Positions 38,281 through 51,715 of a stretch of DNA of 64,000 nt are shown piece after piece. How positions within the stretch are numbered: position 1 is the stretch's first letter; every line of letters starts with the position of its first letter. The notes below the pieces were generated by a model. The model did no database searches. It had not been told where the DNA came from and worked only from the letters and a program-made list of their open reading frames with translations. Where the stretch lies: the NCBI GenBank assembly GCA_951406725.2, contig OX597816.1, forward strand, positions 71,486,001 to 71,550,000. The letters are read 5' to 3'. The stretch is from Octopus vulgaris. Its lineage: Eukaryota. Position numbers and translations under genes: made by a program.

Positions 38281-39348
38281 GTTAGCATCCCGCATATCCT
38301 GACGGACTGTACCCTCTTCCCAGCACTGACACAGAAGCTCATGAAGGTACTGAAGCAGAGTGGTGTTTTTGCCAGCTTTGATGATCTCACTGGCTAGGGA
38401 GTCTATAGCCTTGGTGAGCTCTACTGTGGATGGCAAACTGTCAAGTTCACACATGGCTGGCAAGATCTTGACACCTTCGATTGCAACTTCAGCGACTGTG
38501 GTCTCCCCTGAGTAGAGATCCTGGTAGTACTCCACCCATCTATCCATTTGCTTGCTTTGGTCTTTGTCGAGATCTCCAGTAGTTGATTTCAGAGGGGCTG
38601 ACTTGGTTGCTGATGGACCAACGGCCTTCTTCAAACCGGCATGCCTCCCACGGGTATCACCACTGTCAGCATCTGACTGGATACTCTGATAGATTTCCTG
38701 CCAATACCTATTTGCTCAGTGTCTGGCAGTCAGTTTGGTTTTATTTCTTGCCTTTCTGAGTTCATCGAGTGACTTTGTAGAAGAATCACTCTTGTATTGC
38801 ATCAGAGCTGCATGCTTTGCTTTGATAACTGGTTCCAGCTCTGAGAGCCCAGCACTGAACCACCTGGGTTTTGCCTTTCTCTCATGCCGAAAGTATCTAT
38901 TGATGTGGTATACAAAGCTTCCTTGATATAATTCCACATACTTTCAAAAGAGGAGGATGGGCAGCTACTGAGGGCAATCTTGACAAAAACAGCAAAAAGT
39001 TTTTGCAGTTTAAGGGTCCGAGGTTCTAGCAGTGTTAATGCGTGGTTGGCCCATTTTCTTGGAATGATGGATTTTTTTAGGTAAAATTCTCACCCTGCTT
39101 CTTATTAGCGAATGATCAGTGTCACAATCTGTACTGTGGTAACTATGGGTCAGTTGGACAGAATTCAGAAAGGATCTTCGTGTAATGATGAGATCCAGCT
39201 GGTGCAAGTGGTGAGATCTTGGACGTCTCCAAGATGCCTTGTGGGATGGCTTGCTGGCAAAGAATGTGCTGGTGATGCGTAGGTTATGGTATGTGCAAAA
39301 TTCAAGCAGTCTCTGACCATTGTCATGCATGTTGCCAATGCCAAAATG
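38278..39348 (-). pseudogene. RTE-clade LINE fragment, endonuclease end to pre-RT linker, inverted relative to its 3' end
   Basis: HFGIGNMHDNGQRLLEFC...SWRRPRSHH.HQLDLII...DCDTDHSLI...QMDRWVEYYQDLYS...[16 protein letters not shown], with frameshifts and stops. Confidence 0.92.
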
Positions 39349-39354
39349 TATGAG

Positions 39355-39809
39355 ATGGCTATGGAAGATGGCAGAATTCTCACGGATATACTCTATAGAG
39401 AGCTTGCTAGGGGCACTAGGTTTGTTGGAAGACCGTTCTTACAATACAAGGATGTTTGCAAAAGGGACATGAAGGCCTGTGACATCAATATTAGCAACTG
39501 GGAAGTGGTTGCCAGCAACTGTGGAGATTGGTGATGCACTGTAGAAGAGGGAACACAAAGGAGTGACATAGAGAGAGAGGAGAAATGGAAAGACAAGAAA
39601 AGACATCAACAAGAAACTATGACATTACAACCAGCCAGGCAAAGTCTTCACTACATTTGTGGCACCTGCCAGAGGGAGTGTTTGTCCAGGATAGGACTAC
39701 ACAGCCACAGCAGGAGATGTATTAAGGACATGAAATGTAAAAGCCTGACTAGATTATTTTATGCGCAACTCCATTGTCTCCTGAGACAAAAAGGATGCCA
39801 ACAACAACA
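39355..39809 (+). pseudogene. RTE-clade LINE 3' end with C-terminal zinc finger, short 3' UTR and (CAA)n tail
   Basis: MEDGRI..DILYREL..G.R..GRP.LQYKDVCKRDMK...WE, then YICGTCQRECLSRIGLHSHSRRC. UTR hairpin TGTCTC-CT-GAGACA and a CAACAACAAC tail. Confidence 0.92.
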
Positions 39810-40337
<528 letters not shown>

Positions 40338-40967
40338 TTTGGTAAATGAGAGAGACAAAATAAAAACCGGGCTTAAAAAATAAAAGTGCCGGTGTCAATT
40401 AGTTAGATTAAAATCTCTTTGAAGGCAGTACACCATCATGGATGCAGTCTAATGACTGAAGCAAGATAAAAAATGTCTGTGTTTGTATATATTAATAAAG
40501 GTGCAGGTTAGCCATGTGGTTAAGAAGCCTGTCTTCTTATCACATGGTTTTGTGTTCAGTCCTGCTGTGTGGCATCTTGAGCAGGTGTCTTTTACTATAG
40601 CCCAAGGCCAACCCAAAGCCTTGTGAGTGGATTTGGGAGACAGAGTCTGAAAGAAGCCTACTGTACACACACAATAAATTATAACAGTTCCATATATGAG
40701 CCAACAACAAGTGGTGAAACACACACACACACAAGTATTTCATGAGAGGGTAAGAGTGCGAGACAGAGGCAGAGGCACAGTGAGAGACGAATGAGGAACA
40801 AGGAGTGATGACTAAGAGAGGGAAGACCTCCAGCCTTAATGCTAGTAATTGATAAATTAAGCCCAACAAAAAACGAAACCTGTATAATGATATTAGATTT
40901 CAATATATTTGTTTTTAAATTTTTTTTACATTGTTCTAGTAATTCTTGATTTTGATTTTACTTGATT

Positions 40968-41130
40968 TAAAAAAAAATTCCTCTTCTACTTATAATTGTT
41001 ATTTCTATGTAGTTTCTTTTTTAATTTTATTTATATTATTTTATTTTTAAAAAATTCCTCTTCTTATAATCGTTATTTCTATGTAGCTTTTTTTTCAATT
41101 TTATTTATATTATTTTATTTAAAAAAAAAA
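40968..41130. repeat. ~77-bp AT-rich tandem duplication
   Basis: AAAAAATTCCTCTTCT..TATAAT.GTTATTTCTATGTAG...TTTTATTTATATTATTTTATTT occurs twice. Confidence 0.85.
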
Positions 41131-41467
41131 ATTAGGTGATTTTTTTTTTTGCAAAGCTCTGGGTGGTTGAAATAGGGATGGGTTAGGGTTGTATATTTTA
41201 GTTTAGAGAATCGTTGATAAAGAATATAACAAGAGTCCATTGTATTGGCAGAGGAGAAGTTTGCGGGTAGGGGGGTAGTTATTTATAAGTTGTAGGGATT
41301 CTTTGACACACAGACAGACATGCTGTTAGTGTCTGTTGTGTTGGAAATGGGATAATGTTAAATCACAGTTTGTGATGACAGTGATGATGGTGGTGATGTA
41401 GGTGATGGAGTTAGTTAAGATGATTGTTGTTGTTGATGATGGTGGTGGTGGTGGTGGTATTTAATAT

Positions 41468-41892
41468 CTTTTATCTTTTTCTTTTACTTGTTTCAGTTGT
41501 TAGGTTGGCCAAGGCCATGCTGGGGCACTGCCCTGAAGAAATTTTAGTCCAACAAATTGACCCCCACAACTTATTTTATTTGTCTAAGCTTGATACTTAT
41601 TCTATTAGTCTTCTTTTGATGAACTGCTAAGTTATGGGTGCATAAACACACTAACACTGGTTGCCAAGCAGTGGTGCTGGAACAAACACAAACATACATG
41701 CACTCACACATACACACACACATATATATATATGTGTATACGATGGGCTTCTTTCAGTTTCCATCAAACAAATCCACTTATAAGGCTTTGGTTGGCCTGA
41801 AGCTATAGTAGAAGACACTCACTCAAGATACCACATAGTGAGACTGAACTTGGAACCATGTGGTTGGAAAGCAAACATGTACCACACAGCCC
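41468..41892 (-). mobile_element. family A SINE
   Basis: Reverse complement of the head, body and tail. Confidence 0.85.
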
Positions 41893-42183
41893 ATAGGTTT
41901 TTTTTTATGGTGGTGGTGGTGGTGATGGCGGTAATGATATTAGTTAAGATGATAGTATTGATGATGATGGTGGTGGTGGTACATTTCACTTTGCCTTGGT
42001 AACTCCAAAAAGAGAGCCTTGATGTGGTCACTCAATATGACTGAAATAGTATCCAAATTCCTATCAAATTACAACTGCCTTAAAAAGAGAAAGGCACACA
42101 AGCAAATGCATTCTGTTGTTTAACTAAAGCTGGTACTCCAGCATGGCCACAGTCAGATGACTGAAACAATTAAGAGAAGAAAA

Positions 42184-42232
<49 letters not shown>

Positions 42233-42233
<1 letters not shown>

Positions 42234-42606
42234 GCAGGAGTGGCTGCATGGTAAGTAGCTTACTTACGAACCACATGTTTCTGGGTTCAGTCTCACTGCA
42301 TGGAACCTTGTGCAAGTGTCTTCTACTATAGCTTTGGGCCAACCAAAACCTTGTGAGTGGATTTGGTAGACAGAAACTGAAAGAAGCCCATTATATATAT
42401 ATGTGTGTGTGTGTGTTTGTATTTCTGTATTTGTACCCCCACGATCACCTGACAACCGATGTTGGTGTGTTCACGCCCCTGTAATTTAGTGGTTCAGCAA
42501 AAGAGACTGATAGAATAAGTACTAAGTTTACAAGAAATAAGTTTGTTCGACAAAAGGCGTTGCTCCAGCATGGCCGCAGTCAAATGACTGAAACAAATAA
42601 AAGGAT
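42233..42606 (+). mobile_element. family A SINE, full length
   Basis: CGCAGGAGTGGCTGCATGGTAAGTAGC...CAAATGACTGAAACAAATAAAAGG. Confidence 0.9.
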
Positions 42607-43052
42607 AACATGTATCATTTATGATGCATGGAGACTAAGGAAATATGTCTTGTGTGTCATAAGTGATAGACAGAACAGGGAAAGGGTAAAATTCTGAAAG
42701 AAACCAAACCAGACTGAATAAAACCAGATCAGACCAGACTGAAGAATGATATTGTGCAAGAATTCCATGGATTGTTGCCTAAGTATTTCATCAGATAACT
42801 CCACACCATGGGGCAGGCTGCGGGCAGCAGCACAAGAGGTTTTGATGATAACAATGGTCTCACAGTTAAAAAAAAAAAAAAATTCCTGCTTTATCTGGAT
42901 AACATTGAAAGTATGGAAGGGCTTATAATGTATACCAACATAAAAAAAACCAGCAAAAACAATAGGTAATGGTGGTGATGGTGGCGCTAGTGATGGTGCT
43001 GAAATATAGCATATTTAGTAACTAGCTATCAGATATATTTTGAGAGTTGATA

Positions 43053-43468
43053 GGCGGCGAGCTGGCAGAAATGTTAGCATGCCGGGCAAAATGCTTGGCA
43101 GTATTTCGTCTGCCGTTACGTTCCGAGTTCAAATTCCGCCGAGGTCAACTTTGCCTTTCATTCTTTCGGGGTCAATTAAATAAGTACCAGTTACGCACTG
43201 GGGTCGATATAATCGACTTAATCCGTTTGTCTGTCCTTGTTTGTCCTCTCTGTGTTTAGCCCCTTGCGGGTAGTAAAGAAATAGGTATTTTGTCTGCTGT
43301 TACATTCTGAGATCAAATTCCACCAAGGTCGACTTTGCCTTTCATCCTTTTGGGGGTCCATTAAATAAGTATCAGTTACGCACTGGGGTTGATATAATTG
43401 ACTTAATCCGTTTGTCTGTCCTTGTTTGTCCTCTCTGTGTTTAGCTCCTTCTGGGTAGTAAAGAAACA
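43053..43468 (+). mobile_element. family B SINE tandem dimer
   Basis: GGCGGCGAGCTGGCAGAA head and B box GAGTTCAAATTCC. The second unit restarts at GGTATTT (43284). Confidence 0.92.
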
Positions 43469-43982
43469 TATATTCGGAGGGTTGATGGGGTGGAAGAAAT
43501 AGCAATAGTAACGGTTCTCTCAATAGTTGCAGACCACTTACTCTTGACATCTAAGAAGCCATACTTCAAACACATGCACACACACACACACACACTTTCT
43601 CTCTTGCTCCACACATTATTCAAGAGCGCTCTTTAAAAGCAGACTGATTTTTAAATGAGACAAACTCAGAAAATAAACATACAAATTGTTGATTTTTGCT
43701 TTTGTTTGCGATTATTTTGGTTTGTTTTCTTTTAATTATTATTATTTTTATTTTTTTGTATTGTTGTCTGGAAACTTGAAAATAAAAGAATCTTTCTTTA
43801 AACAGTTTCCATTAGCAAGTACTTGAGTAATTAATGTTTTGTTTAATCAAGTTATTTGTTTTATAAGCAAGTATGAAATTTTGTTATAATTACTTTGTAC
43901 AAAATTGGTCTTGTGCAAAATGGAAAAAAAAAAATGCTGTTTCAAGTAAAATTATTATTTAGATGTGATATGGTAAATTTTC

Positions 43983-44036
<54 letters not shown>

Positions 44037-44649
44037 GTTGTTGTTATTATTATTATTATTTTGTAATTTTTCATTCGATTTTGTTTTCTTTAAATATTTT
44101 CAAAATATTTTTATCATTCTTAAATAGGTTAGATAATTATACAAATTTTTATATTTAAATAAATTACTAGTGCAGATAATTGGCTGTGAGTTATAAAGAT
44201 AATTATTTCATTTGAAGAAAGCAATTGGACTTGATGTGGCTAATTTATGTGATGGTGGCTCTTTATTTTCACATTAACTTTGACCAAACAAACCTTTGGT
44301 CAAAGACAACCCATCTTAACAAGGGTATCATCATCATCGTTTAACGTCCACTTTCCATGCTAGCATGGGTTGGACAAATGACTGAGGGCTGGCGAACCAG
44401 ATGGCTGCACCAGGCTTCAATCTTGATCTGGCAGAGTTACTACAGCTGGATGCCCTTCCTAACGCCAACCACGGTATCTAAAACTATATTATCACGTGAT
44501 GATGAGATGTGATTTCAACTAGATTTAGTTGCTATGTCTAGCATGTTGGACAACTATGTGGAGGCTTTCATAATGTTTTGTACTCTTAAGTCATGTTACC
44601 TTTTTCCACTGGTAGACTGTTATATATTCAGACTTTTAAAACAACAGAT

Positions 44650-45190
44650 TTCAAGGTGGAAATCACATGACCTAGTGGCCTTAGCACTGGAGGAGGCAAG
44701 GGTTTATCTCCCCACTATTAATATAAACAACAGTGTATTTTACACCAAAAGTCAATATGGGAGTTTCTCTCAAGGTAACTATTGCAGTATAATTTGTTCT
44801 AACAGTACTTCCATATTTAAGTGCGGATAACTATCACCTCTTGGTATTTATTCTGCCTCTATTACTAATAAATGTTTTTTAACAACTTCTTTGACTAATC
44901 GCGACATCAGTGCCTGTTCCTGCACTGTTATTCTACATGTTGCTGGTGGGGAGATGATTTGCTGCTATCTCTAGCGGTCAACTATTCATCATTTACAAGA
45001 CTAAACAACATCAAAATCACATGATCAGGTGGTCTTGCTTTGGAGGTGGCAATGATTTATCTCCCCATTAGCAATATAAACAAGAATGCATTTTGTACCA
45101 AAAGCCAATATTAGAGTTTCTCTCATGCTATCTAGTGCAGTATAGTTTGTCCTAACAGTACATCCATGATTAAGTGGAGATAAATGTTTT
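44650..45190. repeat. diverged ~170-bp direct duplication (44659-44830 and 45014-45184)
   Basis: AAATCACATGA...TTTATCTCCCCA...AATATAAACAA...GAGTTTCTCTCA...TAACAGTAC...GATAA in both copies. Confidence 0.8.
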
Positions 45191-45237
45191 TTATTCACAC
45201 AAAAATGTGTCAAAGGTAACCCACAAACATGCACATA

Positions 45238-45721
45238 CAGTGATACCTCGCAGTACGAGTTTAATTCATTCCATGACTGAACTCGTCTTATGATTTACTT
45301 GTTTTACAAATCAATTTTCCCCATTGAAATTAACTAAAATATATATTTCTTTATTGCCCACAAGGGGCTAAACATAGAGGGGACAAACAAGGGATTAAGT
45401 CGATTACATCGACCCCAGTGCGTAAATTAACAAAAATATAATGAATCAAACCCAGCCCTCCAAAACCACCCAACAAAAAATATTTTATGGGTTTTAAAAC
45501 AGAAAAAGTCTAGTTACAAGTAAAATGACAATTATAAAAAAGAGAGTGCAAAAGAAATATGTAAACTGGTTTTTATTAACTGAATTACCTTAAAGATGGA
45601 ACAATTTATGTGCTTGTTCTGTGGATTTCTGCTCATACTTCAAGACAAAAATTTACATGAGTCTCAGCTTGTACAGCAAATTACTCGTACAATGGAGCAC
45701 TCATACTGCGAGGTTCTGCTG
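45238..45721. mobile_element. pogo/Tigger-like non-autonomous transposon containing a 5'-truncated family B SINE
   Basis: TA-CAGTGATACCTCGCAGTACGAGT...ACTCATACTGCGAGGTTCTGCTG-TA. SINE 45344-45423 is flanked by 17-bp TSD AAATTAAC(T/A)AAAATATA. Confidence 0.82.
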
Positions 45722-46559
45722 TATATGCAGTTTCCATCTACCAAATCCACTCACTAAACATTGGTTGGATCAGGGCTATAGTAAAAGACACTTGCCCAAG
45801 ATGCCATGCAGTAGGATTGAAACAGGAACCATGTAGTTGGGGAGCAAACTGCTTGCAACAAACACAGCCACACATGCACCTAGTTTTCTACAAAAACCTA
45901 ACCCAGGCCTCCACCTTGGAGAGGAACTTGTCAGGTGCAGAAAATCTTGGTTAACTACAACCAGAACGGTCCTTTTGGTCCTTAAATTACTGAAACTAAG
46001 TTGTATCCCTGATTTGTCATTATTTAGTAGTATTTAGGACTACATTATCCAAATGTGCCCTTTTTGGAGGGTAAGGTAGTGGGCAGCATACAGGTGATTT
46101 CTTGTAAGTCCTGCTTATTATATGGTCTGAGATCTCACTTCTGATGTCTCAGAACTAAAAGGCATGGTAGCTAAATAGATAACTAATGTCCCAAATGATA
46201 AGTATGTATGTGTAAGTGCATGTCTATAGTAGAAGGCCTTGTGCAAGTGTCTTCTACTATAGCCCTAGGCAAAAAGACTCATGTGGATTTTATAGGTGAA
46301 AATTGGAGGGAGCCTGTCATATGTATGCGTGTGTGTTTGTCTCCCACCACAACTTGACAACCGGTGTCGGTTGTTTACACCACTGTAACCTATAAGTTCT
46401 GCAAAAGAGGCTGATATAATAAGTACCAAGTTTGAAATACTAAGAACTGCAGGTGATTTGTTTGTCTAAACATTTCAAGGTTATACCCTAGCTGAGCCAC
46501 AGCCCTATAAATGAAGCACATACACAATAAATAAATAAATAAATAAATAAATAAATGAA

Positions 46560-46594
<35 letters not shown>

Positions 46595-46947
46595 GGAACC
46601 TTGATTAATGGTGGAAATTAACTGAACTCAATAGAACTACAGAAATTCAGATTTCTTCCTCAATGTAAAAAGCCAAAAAAATCTCTGTTACAGAAAACAA
46701 GGAACTATATATGATAGATATCTGAAACAATTTCTACGGAAAGCTAACAGGTTTCTGATAAAATGGTTTTCTAAAATGAAGGAATATTTTCAATCAATAC
46801 ACACTCTTCCCCTGCCATTCCTAATATCATCATTTGATAAATGTCAAAGGAACAGAGGTCTAACCTTTGAGAAAATAAAAGACTAAAACCATCCAAGAAC
46901 TTGGCATATTTGTGTATTTGTTTTATATTTTCAGCTTTATATTGATA

Positions 46948-46979
<32 letters not shown>

Positions 46980-46982
46980 TAG

Positions 46983-47025
<43 letters not shown>

Positions 47026-47070
47026 TATATAGAAATAGATAGATAGATATGTATATATATGTATGTATAC

Positions 47071-47101
<31 letters not shown>

Positions 47102-47386
47102 TATACATATCTATATACGTGTATATATATATATATGTATATATATGTGTATATATATGTATATATATATATATACATATTATATATATATACATATGTG
47201 TATATAATATATATATGTTTATACAAATATATACCTATATATACATACATACTCATAGATATATACATAGAAGCATATACATATAAATACACACACAAAT
47301 ACACACAGATACACATTCACAGACAGACACAGATACACACACATATATGCATGCAGAATCACATACATATATATGTAAACACACAC

Positions 47387-47441
<55 letters not shown>

Positions 47442-48078
47442 CATACATACACATATATATATATATATATACATTTAGATAGACACACATACATAACACA
47501 TACTTGGACAAACACATACACATATACAAATGTACTTCGCTGTAGCTGCCTGTCTTTGATTCCAATATATCAAACTAATGGCTGATCATACCATTTCTCC
47601 AAGACTGACATATGACAGAAGAGAATCTGTTTTAAATATTGCAATATTGATAAGACAAAGAACCAATCAAATTACCATCCCAAATTAATGGAGCAAAAGT
47701 CTGTGATTCTTCAGAATTGTTTGGAATTAAAATCATCAGGTGGCTTCTTTGAAATTAGCAAGGTTCATAGATTTTATTAAGTTCCTTTATTTGTACGTAC
47801 ATATGTTCTCCCATGTGTGTATAATGTGTGTGAATGTGTATGTGTGCTTGTATGTGGATGTGTGGATGTGCATGTATGCATGTATTTGCGTTTGCATTTG
47901 TGTGCGTAAGTATGTCTTACATGCATGTGTATGTGTGAATATGTATATGTGTTTATGTAGATGTGTATGTATGTTTACGTGCATGGATGTACATTTGTAT
48001 GTACATGTGTTTATGTATTTGCATGTATGTGTGTTTGCATGTATAAGTTTGTGTGTGTTGTATGTATATATATATATA

Positions 48079-48242
48079 TAAGTTCAGCAAAAATTTAGAT
48101 TCAAATGAATATGGTACTTAAGTTAAAGGTTCCAGAATTTTGTATGGTAATATCCATATAAATCAAATGGGGTGATTATAAATGAAGTAGCATGAAACAA
48201 TTCTACTACTCTACCTTGGATATCCTTGTTGCTTATTTGGAT
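48079..48242. mobile_element. (TA)n-flanked short element, second copy at 62469-62738
   Basis: Shared start AAGTTCAGCAAAA(A)TTTAGATTCAAATGAATATGGTACTTAAGTTA and shared end CTTGTTGCTTATTT. Confidence 0.8.
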
Positions 48243-48293
<51 letters not shown>

Positions 48294-48384
48294 ATATATA
48301 TATTCCAAAATGTAACTACGCGTGGACTGTTGGTGATTTTTTTCCCATCTTCTTCCTTTTCTTTTGGACTTTCCTATGTCCCCG

Positions 48385-48419
48385 GTTTCTGAAGAAGAGC
48401 TTTGCTTGAAATCTAAAAC
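48385..48419 (+). ncRNA. minimal hammerhead-like motif in (TA)n-flanked module 48302-48532
   Basis: gttt-CTGAAGA-a-gagc-ttt-gctt-GAAA-tc-TA-aaac. Stem I gttt/aaac, stem II with a G-U pair. Confidence 0.55.
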
Positions 48420-48544
48420 AACCAATCTTGCTTTCCTTCTCTGAGTGTCTCATTAATACTTTGCATGTACCCCGTCCTCGCATTGTTGCTTTTTTTCTTG
48501 TCTTTCTTTCTCCGTTTTTTTTTTTATCAACTATATAAATATAT

Positions 48545-48576
<32 letters not shown>

Positions 48577-48962
48577 GCGCAGGAGTGACTGTGTGTTAAG
48601 TAGCTTGCTTACCTACCACATGGTTCCGGGTTCAGTCTCACTGTGCAGTACCTTGGGCAAGTGTCTTCTACTGTAGCCTTGGGCTGACCAAAGCCTTGTG
48701 AGTGGATTTTGTAGTCGGAAACCGAAAGAAGCCTGTTGTATATATATATATGTATGTATGTGTATTTGTGTTTGTCCCCACCAACATTGCTTCACAACCG
48801 ATGCTGGTGCGTTTACATCCCCGTAACTTAGCAGTTCAGCAAAAGAGACTGATAGAATCAGTACTAGGCTTACAAAGAATAAGTCCTGAGGTCGATTTGC
48901 TTGACTAAAGGCGGTGCTCCAGCATGGCCACAGTCACATGACTGAAACAAGTAAAAGAGTAA
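48577..48962 (+). mobile_element. family A SINE, full length
   Basis: Near-consensus head, body and tail. Confidence 0.92.
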
Positions 48963-49589
48963 GTATTTCTCTGTAAGGTAGTATCCACAATTATCATGCA
49001 TCATTTACCATCAAATCTGCAGGATTTCTGTAAGATATCTATGATGCTGTTATAACTTTTGGCAATGGCTTCATACTTGAGTTGTTTCCTCTAAATCCAA
49101 GAATAGTTCAAGAAAAGTCAAAATAAAGATAAATCAGCTGTTTAGAAATATTTATTCATATTTTTGGTTTTAACTCAAGATCAGTTGGCTGAGATTATTG
49201 ACACTATTCCCTTGTAATGAATGTGTTCAGTTCACATATTGGTTAAAGATTATCTTACATCTTTCATTTGCTTCAGGTACTGGACTACGAAGTCGACTTC
49301 AATGGAATTTGAAACCAGAACATAAACAGCTGATGGCTTGTACGCACACAGTATTTCATTGTGCAACTATCTTTTCTACTCTAGACACAAGGCCCGAAAT
49401 CTTTGGATTAGATTGACCTCAGTATGCAACTGGTACTTAATTTATCTACCCCAAAAGGATGAAAGACAAAGTCAACCTTGTCGGAATTTGAAATTGTGCA
49501 ACTATTATTTACTATAAAGTACATTAAAATGTTTTTAAAAGTCAATACTTTGTTCCATTGTGTTAGCAGTGTTCTTATTCTTAACAAAC

Positions 49590-49806
49590 AGGTGCAGGAG
49601 TGGTCATGTGGTAAGTAGGCACAGGAGTGGCCGTGTGGTAAGTAGGCGCAATAGTGGCCGAGTGGTAAGTAGCTTGCTTACCAACCACATGGTTCCAGGT
49701 TCAGTCCCACTGCATAGCACCTTGGGCAAGTGTCTTCTACTATAGCCTTGGGCCAACCAAAGCCTTGTGAGTGGATTTGGTTGATGGAAACTGAAAGAAG
49801 CCAATC

Positions 49807-49844
<38 letters not shown>

Positions 49845-49891
49845 GATTGGCTTCTTTCCAGTTTCCATCTACCAAATCCACTCACAAGGCT

Positions 49892-49941
<50 letters not shown>

Positions 49942-50148
49942 GTGTATGTTTGTGTGTTTGCGTCCCCAACATCGCTTGACAACCGATGGTGGTGTGTTTA
50001 CGTGCCCCCTAACTTAGCGGTTCGGCAAAAGAGACCGATGGGATAAGTACTAGGCTTACACAGAATAAGTCTTGGGGTCGATTTGCTCGACTAAAGGTGG
50101 TGCTCCAGCATGGCCACAGTCAAATGACTGAAACAAGTAAAAGAGTAA
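49590..50148 (+). mobile_element. family A SINE with triplicated 27-bp head and internal fold-back
   Basis: AGG.GCAGGAGTGG....GTGGTAAGT-like unit three times. 49759-49807 is inverted at 49844-49892 across (TA)n. Confidence 0.9.
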
Positions 50149-51668
50149 ACAAGGTGTTAAAATAAATATTGCAAAGCATTTTATCCACTGCTCCACAGGG
50201 TTTGCCCCTTCACTACCTCTACGTTCCATGTGGAGACTGTCATTAAGGAATAGACCCATTACCCCTGTATATCATAAAAGGTGATTAAAAGAGGTCGAGG
50301 AAGGATTTTGCACACCAACCATGTAAATCCCTCACCAGCAATGGCTATCCAAACAGACTCATGGGTTGGAAGATTGTTGCCTGAGTGGTGCAAAGGTGTC
50401 ATGTACCTGGAGTAGGAAATCACCATCATCATCATCATTTAACGTCCGCTTTCCATGCTAGCATGGGTTGGACGATTTTGACTGAGGGCTGACGAATCAG
50501 ATGGCTGCACCAGGCTCCAATCTTGATCTGGCAGAGTTTCTATAGCTAGATGCCCTTCCTAATGCCAAATACTCCGAGAGTACCAATAAATGGTGAATGC
50601 AGTGAGGTGCTGTTCCCCCATACTACTATTCCAACCTCTATCCTAGAACTCATAACAACAACATGGACATTACACCACCACACTCTTTATTCTCTTAATA
50701 ATAATGAAATTACATAAAAGCTTGTTTTTAGCACCAATGTTCAGAGTGTATGGTTACCTGCGACCTACCACACACATTCTTTGTTGTTTTCAGGACTGTC
50801 TACTCAGCTTAGATATTCTCTCTTTTACTCTTTTACTTGTTTCAGTCACTCTACTGCGCCACACCAGAGCACCACCTTTAGTCGAATGAATTGAACCCAG
50901 GACTCACTCCCATTAAGCCCAACACCCACTCCACCAGTCTCCCCTGCTGAACCGCCAAATTATGGGGATGCAAACACACTACCATCGGCTGTCAAGCGAT
51001 GTTGGGGTAACAAACACAGACACACAAACACATACACACAAACACATACACACACACACATACATGGACATTATACAAGTATCATCTCCGTTTCTCTACA
51101 AAGTCAAAGCTTTTTGCCTATATCTAAAAAAAAAAAAAAAATCAATACTGCATTGTGAGCAGTAAAATCAATTATTAGTATTTTGTTCAACCGACGACCT
51201 CTTTAAGAAACTGAAGAAAACATTGACAGCAGATCTTGCTCATAATTCTTCTAGTCTTTTACTGGTTTCACTCATGTGACTGTAGCTATATTGAGGCACC
51301 ACCTTTAAAAGGTGGAACTGTGGAGGATTATACCAAGCTCACTACTTGCAGATTTATCTTTCTTTGCTTTTATTGTTTACTTGTTTCAGTCACTGACCTG
51401 TGGCCATGCCGGAGCACTGCCTTCAAAAGTATAGTCAAACAAATTGACCTCCACCCCACTACTTATGTTGTAAGTCTACTACTTATTCTATCAGTCTCTT
51501 TCGCTGTTATGTACGGAAAAGGAGAAAGGGAGCTAGTTGTCCTTAGATTAGGGACTTGGTCCAATACAGCGTTATGTGTACATAAATAAATCAACACTGG
51601 TTGTCATGTGGTGGTGGTGGTAGAGGGACACCCAAACATGCAAATCATCAGAATTCAAAATTTGTTTT

Positions 51669-51715
<47 letters not shown>

